DNA from: Basidiobolus meristosporus CBS 931.73
Lineage: Eukaryota; Fungi; Basidiobolomycota
NCBI GenBank assembly: GCA_002104905.1
Contig: MCFE01000254.1
Location: 1 to 64,000, forward strand
DNA length: 64,000 bases
Direction of reading: 5' to 3'
Within the stretch, counting starts at the first letter, position 1. Every line of letters starts with the position of its first letter. The position numbers and the translations under genes are program-made. The notes under the pieces were generated by a model. That model was given only the letters and a program-made list of their open reading frames with translations. It made no database searches and was not told the origin of the DNA. Below are positions 37,001-48,601 of the stretch, piece by piece.

Positions 37001-38813
37001 GTCATAACCTACTATACCATATCTCCTAGTTAGTTTCATTGTTTCAACAGTGTAGACATACTCATGTACAAAGATCTTGCATTGTGACTTATAAACAATA
37101 TGATCCCTCACTCCTAAAGCTAGTCTTTGTCCATTTTAACTTAATATTGAGTAGTTCAGCTTAGTCAAAAAATAGGTCAGTCCCTGAGCAATTACTCTAC
37201 TGACTGAAGAGTAGGTTTTTAGCCATTCCAGGTGCATAGAGTACATTAGTTAGTTCTCTGTTGCAGCCCCTGAGATATCACTTATACTTGGTTGCATAGA
37301 CCCACTAAAGGTAGCTTCCAGTGCAGAGTTGTCTCCCTTATATACCCTTTCTTATGGGAATAGTCTTGAGTAGCCAAACCACTCCTATATACCACAAATA
37401 TGCTTTGATATTCTGGAGTCATTGGCTTTGGTTACTCGCACTTTCTTGTACAGTAACCAATAACTGTTCATCAGTAATTATAAAGATTACCTGCTCCAGT
37501 TTATGCTTTTTGTCCACTTGTTGCTTCTTGCATTCTCTTGCCCAGTGTCCTGGCTTCTTACAGTAGTTACAGCAACCAGGTTTCTTTGGTTTTGTTACTT
37601 TCCATTCTTTTCTGTGTGAATTTCTGAGCTGAATATAGCATTGGCTTCAATTCTCTCTGCTTGATCACTATATCTGAGATCTGTGTGGAGAGGTCTTCCT
37701 GTGACATAGTCCAAAGTCATATTGTCTTCTCTGCCTTTAAAAGAATTTATGGGTGGCTCATACTTGTCTGGTTGACTGCAAAGCAGACATAGTATCTTTT
37801 CTTCATCATCTACGCTAGCATTAATACTGGAAGTTCATCTGCAAGTGCTTCCATACTGATGATAAGTGGAAGCATGTCATCATCTGGCTTCTTCCTCATG
37901 TTGAGGGCTTTTGTTCTGAATGGAGCTTGCTTGATACTGACTGTGCTCTAAATATCTTCTCTAAGAATTCCCGTGCTACTTTGGCAGTATTAGAAGCATA
38001 GATATGTCCAATGAATGAATCCCCCACATGGATACATATAGCATTGAAGGCCTCTCTCTCCTTCCCTTCAAACTTCTCCACATCTTTTGATGTTTCATTG
38101 GGCTCAACCTCTTTTCCTGTTACTATATTCCAAAGTTTTTGTTCCTCCAGGTGGATATGCATCTTGATTCTCCAAAGTCTGTAGTTTTTCCCATTAAACC
38201 TGTCCTTTACAGGGAAGATGCTTGTATTATTCTGTCTGCTGGTTGTAGTCATCTTTTGATAGATTATGGTCAATTGGGGCTCATTACCTGTTGCAATTTA
38301 ACAAGTGATTTGGATATAAGAAACTTATCAATGAAATAATGCTAAGGAGGGTCAGTATTTGTACCTTTGTAGAGGTATACAGCTGTAACACTAAGTAAGG
38401 AGGGTTTCTTCAAATTCTGGAGCATTCTGTGTAGCAGTTTCAGAGTTAGTACATAATTTTGGCTAAAAGTGTTAATTTGATCTTAACTATAGGGCAATAA
38501 TCATAGAATCATAGATCTGAAGAAGCTGGCAAAGGTAGGGCTGTAAATTAGTCCTACCAGGACCAAGACTAGTCCAGAATTGTTAAGTGAATTTTAGCTG
38601 CTGAATGAAACCAAATAGTCCTATATCTCAACAGAAACATGATGCATGTACTCCTGAGACTTCCCTAATAATCAACAAATAACTATATATATGTAGTTCT
38701 TCAATAAGTGCAAATACTGTGTTGCAACCCAATATATCTTCAAGTGACTATCATGAAAATCTTCTGATTTTCAATTTTACTTTCAATATATATATACCTC
38801 TAATATTTCAACA
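34033..38813 (+). repeat. Solo LTR family D split by a Copia B insertion (34033-34209 + 38639-38813)
   Basis: Both halves align to 26571-26920; joined length ~352 bp; flanks TATAC / TATGC. Confidence 0.65.
34210..38633 (-). mobile_element. Old Copia family B element with both LTRs
   Basis: 5' LTR 38289-38633, PBS GGTAATGAGCCCC, 3' LTR 34210-34576, TSD GAAAC on both sides. LTRs clearly diverged and ORF decayed. Confidence 0.9.
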
Positions 38814-39146
38814 TATGCAGGTAAAAACCTGGTCTTGGGTCCAGCTGGATTGTGAGCAGTGAGGTCTAATATGTTGTAAAAAATCAGAATTCCACCTAAA
38901 TATTGATCTTACTTAGTCACTTTAATCATTAGCCTCAAATCCTAACGAATATTGACCAAATTTCTTGTTGGGAGTTACACGGAATATTTTCACCAAAATA
39001 CCAGGTGCCCAGTACAAGAAAATTCTCAAAGTTATCCCAACAGCCCCAAAGTTTGCACATATGCTCTTAGGACCTTCCTGAGCCTATTCTATGTGTATAT
39101 TATGCCAAGACTATGTAAAAGTGTAAATACTACTTTCACATTCATT

Positions 39147-39512
39147 TGTTACAAGTCTTGGTATAAGAGTTGTAGAGGAATAGGGAGTTTAGATTGTATT
39201 GTATTCACTAAAACTTGTACTGATTTTTATTGAGGTTCCAGCAGCTCCTTATATACATTTTGCCAGATCAATTGCTGACTAATTGTATTTCCTAATGTAG
39301 GTTGTGGCTGATGACTCATTTGATTGCATCATCATCACCCAATAAGATCCTACTTATTATATCTATTTCTGTCTGATAAGGATCTGCTGATTCATTTGCT
39401 GACTAATACTACTGATTTGATAGATAATACTGATATATTGATAACCTAAACATATACTAATAGATCTGACTATACTGATCTACCTTAGACATTCAAGCGG
39501 CAGATCATTACA
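39147..39512 (-). repeat. Solo LTR, Gypsy family C
   Basis: 366 bp, 4-bp TSD CATT, inserted in a Copia A LTR. Confidence 0.9.
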
Positions 39513-40202
39513 CATTAGATCATTAAGTGAAAACCACATAATGTACTTGCCCCACTGATCACTTCCAATATCACCTACACTCTGATAGCAGGTTATGAGA
39601 CACAAGCTGTCACTTGTGGCAATGTCACTACTGCTGTTACTGGAATTTATCTCTCTGCTGAAAAGCTAAATGGATCCAGCTACCAAGTGTAGGAGGTGAA
39701 AATGTAGATGACATAACTAGAAACCGGCCTTTGGGATACTGACATGGGGGAAGAATGCCCTCCTTTAAATGTGGGAGAGGAATCCTACAAGTACCAGAAG
39801 AAAGAACAAAGTGCCTTTAACTGTATTTACCTTGATGTTAAAGACAAATTGTAAATTCAATGCTCAAGAGCAAAAAACAGTAAAGAATGCCTGGAAGGTA
39901 TTAGAAGACACCTATCAGTCATGTTCAGCTGTTGAGAAAATGTAGCTAGCACAAAAACTCTACCACAAAGATGCAGCCACAAGTTGAAATGAAAAATCTA
40001 ACTAACATAATTGCCTTGCTTGTTGATGGGATGGAATCTGTGCACATACAAACCACTGATGAGGATGTGATAGTCACCATCCAGAATAGCCTGACAGATA
40101 TGTTTCAGGGCCTTGTATCAGCCCCAGAGCTCAGAACTGAGTATTTGACCTTAGATTATGTATATGGAAAGCACCTGGATAAAGAATAAGAAAATCAAGT
40201 GC

Positions 40203-41250
40203 TGTGGTGGTGTATAGGTCCAAGGGAGAGATGCATCCAACACATCTCAAGTTTTATCTATGAGGGGTGTTCACTGGGTGCAATAACCTCTGTTAAAACT
40301 TGATAGGAATACTTGGGTACTGTCTCTAGTCTAATATGATGGGGAATGAAGCCACAAGCTTGTCAAGGGAAAACTATAGATTTACAATCCACAAATTAGT
40401 TGGCTTCTTAACCAAAGTATGTGCTGGGTTCAGTGCTGTTTGAGATGGCAATGTACTAAAGCTTCCAAGGTCAAAACAACTGCTAACTCCACCTGCAGGG
40501 ACTTGATATAAATGCAGCTGTGTTCAATAGTTACAAAGACAGAAAAGTATCTTTGCCTGTACAAGAACAAATATGGGAAAGAATCAAATATAACAAAAGA
40601 TACCTACTCTGAGTATTCCTCACAAGTAGTGCCTCCAAGGTCAGTTGGCTGTCAGTGCAGTTTCCTGGAAGTGTCCTGTGGTCTGTGACTGGAAGTTCAG
40701 GTAGCAGTAGGTAGCAGTGATTACACTGATGAACAAGCTGGTATATTGATAGAAGGGATGATATTTATTGTTGAGGGAATGCACCCTTATTTGCTTTTCT
40801 CACTGGCTAAGTGACTACTAATCATGGTGCTCCAGAAGGTTCTGGTGGTCAAGTAGATATCTTAATGACATCAGAATGAGCTAAGAATGTTCTAAGTAGC
40901 TGCTGGAAGGTTCTAATAGGCACAGCAAACCCAATGATTCAGGGATCAGTATTCTGAAACAAGTGTAACATAGGGATACCATGTATGGTGAAACAGTTTG
41001 GTCATATGCTACAGGTACTGGCACAGGTACCTGCCTAATATAGAAGTACCTACATCAAGTAATCTTACATAGAGTGAGGGAGAACTTATGTCATAAGGTA
41101 AGTAGGTGTGATAGTCCGCCAGCTTATGGGATAGTACTGATCAAGTAAGACAAATGGAGCAAAACCAATATAAGGGAAGTAGAAAATAGGAAACTAGAAA
41201 ATATGGGAATGAGTACATCTGTCAGCAGGTGTCACAGTGACCCCACTACA
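40203..41250. repeat. 1048-bp insertion, probable solo LTR of an otherwise absent family
   Basis: Ends TGTGGTGG..CCACTACA (imperfect inverted termini, TG..CA); non-coding; host gag continues either side; flanks GTGC / GCAC. Confidence 0.7.
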
Positions 41251-41275
41251 GCACCAAAAAGAAGGAAGAAGAAAG

Positions 41276-44200
41276 TGTTGAAATATTGGACTATTTGGTA
41301 TCATTCAGCAGCTAAAAATTTACTCAGCAATTCTAGACTAGTCTTAGTCACTGTAGGACTCATATACTGCCTTAACTTTGCCACTTCCTCCAGATTTATG
41401 ATCTTATGATTATTCCGCTAAAGTCAGGATCAAGTTAGCACTATTACCAAACATTATGTACTAACCCTGAAACTGTTACAGAATGATCCTGAATATTGAG
41501 AAACCCTCCCTACTCAGTGTTACAGCTGTATTACTTCTACAAAGGTATAAATACTGAGCTTCTTTACTAATAAACAACAGTTCAACTATCATCACTATTT
41601 CTTGATAAGTTCCTTATATCCAAATCACTTCTTAAATAGCAACAGGTTATAAGCCCCAATTGCCTTAATCTATTCTAAAGATGACTTCTACCAGCAAACA
41701 AAGCAATACCAACATCTTCCCTGTAAAGGAGAGGTCTGATGGGAAGAACTACAGACTTTGGAGAATCAAGATGCCGATCCACCTTGAGGAAAGAAAGCTT
41801 TGGAACATAGTAACAGGAAAGGAAGTCGAGCCCAAAGGAACAGCAGAAGATGTGGAGAAGTTTCCAGAGAAGGAGGGAAAGGCCTTCAATGCCATATGCA
41901 TCAATGTGCAAGACTCCTTGATTGGACAAATCCATGCCTCAAATACTGCCAAGGCAGCATGGGAATCCTTAGAGAAAATCTCTAGAGCAAAGTCAGTATC
42001 AAGCAAGCTTTATTTGAAACAGAAGTTCTTCAAAATGAGGAAGAAGCCAGATGATGACATGCTACAACTCATTACCAGAATGGAGACACTTGCAGAAGAA
42101 CTTTACAGTATCAATGCTGGTGTAGATGATGAAGAAAAGATACTCTGTCTGCTTTGCAGCCTACCAGACAAGTACAAGCCACTCATACTTTATTTTGAAA
42201 GCAGAGAAGACAACTTGACTTTAGACTATGTCAAAGGAAGACTTCTCCATGAAGAACTCAGACGTAATGATCAAGCAGAGAAAACTGAAGATAATGCTTG
42301 ATTCAGTTCATAAAGGCACAAAGAAAAGAAGGGAAAGCAACAAAACCAAAGAAAACCTGGCTGCTGTAACTACTGTGAAAAGTCAGGACACTGGGCAAGA
42401 GAATGCAGGAAGAAACAAGCAGACAAAAAACAGAAACTACAGCAGGCAAACCATATAACTACTGATGAACAGTTATTTGTAACTGCACAAGAGAGTGCAA
42501 GTAACCAAAGTAATGAATTGTATATTGACTCTGGAGCATCACAGCATATTTGTGGTATAAAGGATTGGTTCAGCAACTTAAAGACTATTCCCGTAAGAAA
42601 GGTTTATCTGGGAGATAACTCTACATTGGAAGCTACTGCCAGTGGGTCTATACAACTAAACATGAGTTATAACTCAGGGGCAACAACAGCAAAACTGACT
42701 GACATACTCTATGTACCTGGAATAGCTAAGAACCTACTCTCAGCCAGTAAAGCAGCTACTCAGGGACTGAAGTTTGTCTTTACTAAGCTGAGCTGCTCAA
42801 TATTGAGTGAAAATAGACAAAAATTAGCCTAGGGAATCAGAGATCACAATATATACAAGTTATAATGCAAGATTATTGTACCTGAGTATGTCAACATTGC
42901 TGAAACTGATGAAACCAACTGGTAGACGTGGCATAGGAGGCTAGGACACATTGGGGAACAGAAAATGAGCCAATTGGTGAAAAATCAGCTTGTTTTGGGC
43001 CTAAAATACTCAATTCCGATCAAATTGAATGTTTGTAAGGGATGTTCATATGGCAAACAAGCTAGGCAACGTTTCAAGAGCTCAGAAGACATCAATACCA
43101 TCAAAATATTGGCTATTGTACACTCAGACATATGTGGCCCCATGAGAACACTGTCCTTTGGAGCCAAGAGATACTTTACAACGTTTATTGATGACAGGAC
43201 AAGATATACATGGGTGTACATCCTCAAAATAAAGGATGAAGCTTTAGAGATGTTTAAGCACTTCAGGAACATGGCAGAAACACAAACTGGGTGTAAGTTG
43301 AAGGTACTACAAAGTGACAATGGAGGAGAATACTGCTCAAAGGAGTTTGCAAAATACTGCTTGTCTACTGGCATACTTCAGCAGACCACATTTCCTCGTA
43401 CTTCACAGCAAAATGGAGTAGCAGAACGTGCAAATAGAGCAATAGTAGAGATGGGAAGATCTATGCTACATGATAAGGGAATGGACTACAAGTTTTGGGC
43501 TGAATCTGTGGCTACTGCTGTATAGATCAAGAACAGATGCCCAACAACAGCACTACGTGATTCCACACTCTTTGAAGCATATACAGGCAAAAAACCAGAT
43601 CTCCAGCATCTCAAGATCTTTGGCAGTGAAGTTTTTTATCACATCCCTGACAAAAAACGCTCAAAGTTGGAACCAAAGAGTAGGAAAGGGATCTTTCTTG
43701 GGTATTGTGAAGATACCAAAGGGTATAGAGTGTATGATGACAAAATTCAGAAGCTGATCAAGAGCAGGGATGTTGTATTTGAGGAGAATTCAGATCAGAA
43801 AGCCACAGAAATTATTGGTCAGCTGCCTGATGATGCAATCAACACTAATGAAGAAGATACGTACCAAATCCAGCCAGATATGGAAGATACTTCTACCAGT
43901 TGCAGATCAGAGCAGATTATCCCAGTTAAGAGATCTACTAGAATAAGAAATGCCCCTGGATCCTGGTGGCAGACATCCAATGATCATGAAGAAGCTTATC
44001 TTGCCTTATGTGCCAAACCTCAGAATCTGGAACAGGCAATGCAAAGTCCAGATGCTACTAAGTGGCAACAAGCCATGCAAGAGAAGTACCAATCACTGAT
44101 CAAGGCAAAAATGTGGGAACTGGTAGATTTACCAAATGGGAGAAAGCCAATTGGATATAGATGGGTCTACAAGATCAAGATAACCTCAAATGGTGCCGTT

Positions 44201-45961
44201 GATAAGTACAAGGCTAGATTGGTAGCTAAAGGCTATTCCCAGATCCAGGGACTAGACTTTAAGGAAACATTTGCTCTGGTTGTCAAGTTTTACTCTATTA
44301 GGACAGTTCTAGCCCTGGCAGCTGCACGCAGTCTAGATCTACACCAAATGGACGTCAAAACAGCCTTTCTAAATGGGGATTTGCAAGAAACTATATATAT
44401 GGAGCAACCAGAAGGCTTTACCAGTCCAAGAGGCCCCCATAAGGTGTGCAAGCTTAGAAAATTGTTGTATGGGCTTAAGCAGGCACCCAGAGCATGGTAT
44501 AACAAGATTGACACATATCTAGATGAAATTGGGTTCTCTTGTAGCACTGCAGATCACAGTATATATGTGAAACAGCTCAAAAAGGGTGTGATCACCCTAG
44601 TTCTTTATGTGGACAACCTAATTATAGCTACAAGTGACCAAGAGGCACTTAAACAGACAAAATCAGATCACTTCAGCAAGTTTGAGATGAAAGATCTTGG
44701 AAAATTGAGCTATTTTCTTGGAATTGAGGGCAAATTTGACATACCTAGGCAGAAAACTGTGTTGAATCAGTCCAAGTACATCAGGGACATTCTTAGACAC
44801 TTCAAAATGGAAGATTGCAAACCTGCAGCAACCCCTATGGACAATAACCTGAAATTAAGCAAATCTGAGCCAGTTATAGATGAAAACGGCTAAAATATGG
44901 ACCAAAACTTTCCCTATCAATCAATGGTTGGTAGCCTATTGTACTTGATGGTGTCTACACGTCCAGATATTGCAGTGGCAGCTGGAATAGTCAGTCAATT
45001 CATGCGGAATTATGGATCAGATCAAATTGCAGCAGTTAAGTGGATTTTCAGATATCTATAAGGTACCATAAATATGGTACTGGAATACTCTGGAGCAGCT
45101 AATAGGCAGATATTTGATGATTATAGTAATTCAGATTAGGGTAGGGATCTGATTGACAGATGCTCTACCACAGGCTATGTATTTCTTTATGCTGGTGCAG
45201 CTATTACTTGGAATTTCAACAAACAACCAACTGTGGCACTATCTACAACTGAAGCCAAATACATGGCTGCATGTCAAGCAACTAAGGAGGCTATATGGCT
45301 ACAAAAATTATTCAAAGACTTAGGTTTTAATTCAGGTGAACCAACATGTATTTACAAGGATAATCAAAGTTGTATTTCATTAGCTAGAAATCCTACTAAT
45401 CATGCCAGAACTAAGCACATTGATATACAGCATCAATTTGTGAGGGAAGCTGTAGAAAATAGCTTAGTGGAGTTAGTTTACTGCCCAACTAACAAAATGG
45501 TGGCAGACATATTGACAAAACCACTAGCTAGGCAACAGTTTGAGATCCTTAGAGAGAAATTGGGATTAAGAAATTATTTAGTTGAGGGGGAGTGTTGAAA
45601 TATTGGACTATTTGGTATCATTCAGCATCTAAAAACTTACTCAGCAATTCTAGACTAGTCTTAGTCACTGTAGGACTCATATACTGCCTTAACTTTGCCA
45701 CTTCCTCCAGATTTATGATCTTATGATTATTCCGCTAAAGTCAGGATCAAATTAGCACTATTACCAAACATTATGTACTAACCCTGAAACTGTTACAGAA
45801 TGCTCCTGAATATTGAGAAACCCTCCCTACTCAGTGTTACAGCTGTATTACTTCTACAAAGGTATAAATACTGAGCTTCTTTAGGAATAAACAACAGTTC
45901 AACTATTATCACTATTTCTTGATAAGTTCCTTGTATCCAAATCACTTCTTAAATTGCAACA
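41276..45961 (+). mobile_element. Full-length Copia family B element (4686 bp)
   Basis: LTRs 41276-41644 and 45593-45961 (369 bp, 9 differences by eye), PBS GGTTATAAGCCCC, PPT GAGGGGGAG, flanks GAAAG / GGAAG. Confidence 0.95.
41681..45598 (+). pseudogene. Copia B gag-pol pseudogene
   Basis: gag, YIDSGASQH protease, integrase, RT and RNase H pieces (ORF track 41681, 42518, 42965, 43667, 45233) broken by stops and frameshifts. Confidence 0.93.
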
Positions 45962-48601
45962 GGAAGTACTTTGATAAGCAATGATGACCAACAAAAGAGA
46001 TATCCAAGACCCTATAAAGGCAACAGCAACCTGTCTTGCAACTACTGTAAAAGGAAAGGACACACATCAGACCAGTGTCTCAAAAAGAGAGATAATCAGG
46101 AAAAGATGACTGAATATGCAAATGATACAACAACTGAAGATAGTCTATTCATATCTGCACTAAATATGACTACATACAAATATAATCACACATGGTATTT
46201 TGATTCTGGAGCATTGCAACACTTTATACACCAAAAAGAACTTTTTATCCAATATCAAGAAATTGCAATTAGGAAGGTTTCATGGGCAACAATATAACAC
46301 TTGATGCAGTGGGAGAAGTAACTATCAAAGTAAACCTTAGAAGCAGTGTAGGAAGCCCTACACTGACCTTTAAAGAAGTACCATATATACCAGAAATAGC
46401 CAAGAACCTACTATCTGTAAGAAAGGCCACTGCAGAAGGACTCAGTATCAGCTTGACAATTCTGGATGCAGGATCAATGATCAAAGTGGTGAACATACTT
46501 CTTTGGGTCTCAGAGATCAGAGTCTATAGAGATTGACTTATATTTATCATCACTTAAAGCTAGAATAAGTAACTGAAATGAAGAAACACCAATCCTTTGG
46601 CACAGGATATTTGGACACATCAATTTTTATTATTTGTGCAAAATAATCAATGATCAGCAAATTTCTGGAGTAAAAACCAATCCCCAGCTAATAAGGAGCA
46701 CTGTGAAGCCTGCATATATGGGAAAAAGGCCAGATAACTATTGAAGAGCTCTGGGTAAATCAGGATTAAGAAATGATTGGATCTAACTCACTCAGATCCG
46801 TGTAGAGCTATACAAATTTCTTCTTAGGCAGGATATAGTTTTCAACCAGTATTATTGATGATTATACAGGATGCATATAATTCTGCATCATGAAGAGAAA
46901 GGAAGAAGCTCTGTCTGAGCTTGGGGAGTTTAAAGCCATGGTGGAAAGAGAAACTGGCAAAGAAATCAAGAAAATGCACTCAGATAAGGGTGCAGAATAA
47001 ACCTCAAAGCTGTTCATCCACTACTACAAAATTTATAGGATAAAGCAAGAGACTACTGTACCATACTCCTGCAGCAAAATGCAGTTGCAGAATGTGCAAA
47101 CAGCTCCATAATTGATATGGCAAGATCTATGACTCATGATCAAAAATTATCCTATGATTTTTGGGCAGAATCAGTAGTCAAAGCTGTATATCTTAGAAAT
47201 AGGAGCTGTAGCACAATACCTAGTGACTTTACTCCACTTAAAGCATGGTATGAGTACAGAGCAAGTGTAGAACACCTAAGAACACTTGGGTTTACAGCAC
47301 ATGCCAAGAGACTGCTGGAAAATTGGTCAAAATTTGAGGCAAGACTTATAAAATGCATATTTTTGGGCTATAGCATTGAGAATAAAGCAAACAGACTCTA
47401 CAATACCAAAGCAAAGACGCTTACCAAGTCCAGGGATGTGCTGTTTGGTGAAAATTCAAAATATTCACAAAAATGACATCACATGATGACAATATTCTAA
47501 TCTCAAATCAACCAATAGTCAGGATTGCATTGGAGCAATACAATGACAACCTCTTTACTCCCAAGAACTCTACAACTGTGGTTCAGCCTGATGCAGTGCC
47601 CAGGAATATCCCAGATATCATCATCCCAGTATCAGATGCCAGGAGATCCAACTGGACAGGAAATAGCTCATGTTACTATATTGATGAGGGTACAAACTCA
47701 GCCTATGCCTATTCAGTCCATATTGATGAAGCCCAGATAGAAAATATACTTGAAACTTAGTCAAATTACCAATTAACCAAAAATCAATTGGATGTGCATG
47801 GGTCTTTGAGATAAAGTACAAGGCTGATAGTACAGTTGAAAGATACAAAGCAAGATTTGTGACCAAATGATACTCTCAAATAAAAGGACTTGACTATACA
47901 GAAACCTTTGTGCTAGTAGCCAGATTTAATTCCATCAGATTAAAATTGGCTATTGCAGCAAAATATATAATTTTTATTCATCAAATGGATGTAAAAACTG
48001 CATTTTTGAATGGAGAACTTGATGAGAACATGTATATGGAACAGCCCAATGGGTTTGTTAACCAAGATAACCCCCATTTGGTCTACAAGCTCAAAAAAAA
48101 ACCTTTATATGATCTCAAACAATCACTAAGAACATGGAGTTGCAAGATAGATTCTTATTTCAAACCTTTGAGTTTTAGAAGAAGTAATGCTAAGTACAGT
48201 GCAAGCTATAAGCCAGATAAAGCAATTTAGTTCTGTTAACTCTATAAGTGGAGGATCTTATTGTAGCCGCCAATAGCATAGAAACATTGGAAGAAACTAA
48301 ATCCAGCCTGTCTGATGAGTTCAAAAAGTCCAATCTGGGAGAACTCAGTTACTACTTAAGAACAAAGTTGTCCAAAAATGGAAGTAGCTAGACTACCACC
48401 CCAAGCCAATCTAAGTAAACTCAAGATATACTATAGAAGTACCAAATGGAAGACTGTAAGCAGGTAGCTATCCCAATGGAGACCAACCTTAGCTAGGTGA
48501 AAGCCTGACCAATTCAAGAGAGCTTAGTGCCATCTGAGTGCCCTGACATTCCTTATCAATTAGTAGTTGGCAGTTGGATGTATATTATGCTTGGAATATG
48601 C

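Larger units (their letters stand above)
38872..48601 (+). mobile_element. Degenerate Copia family A copy hosting three insertions, 3' truncated
   Basis: LTR 38872-39590 (split by LTR C), PBS GGTTATGAGAC. gag resumes across the inserts at 40203-41250 and 41276-45961; PR/INT/RT fragments run to 48601. Confidence 0.85.
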
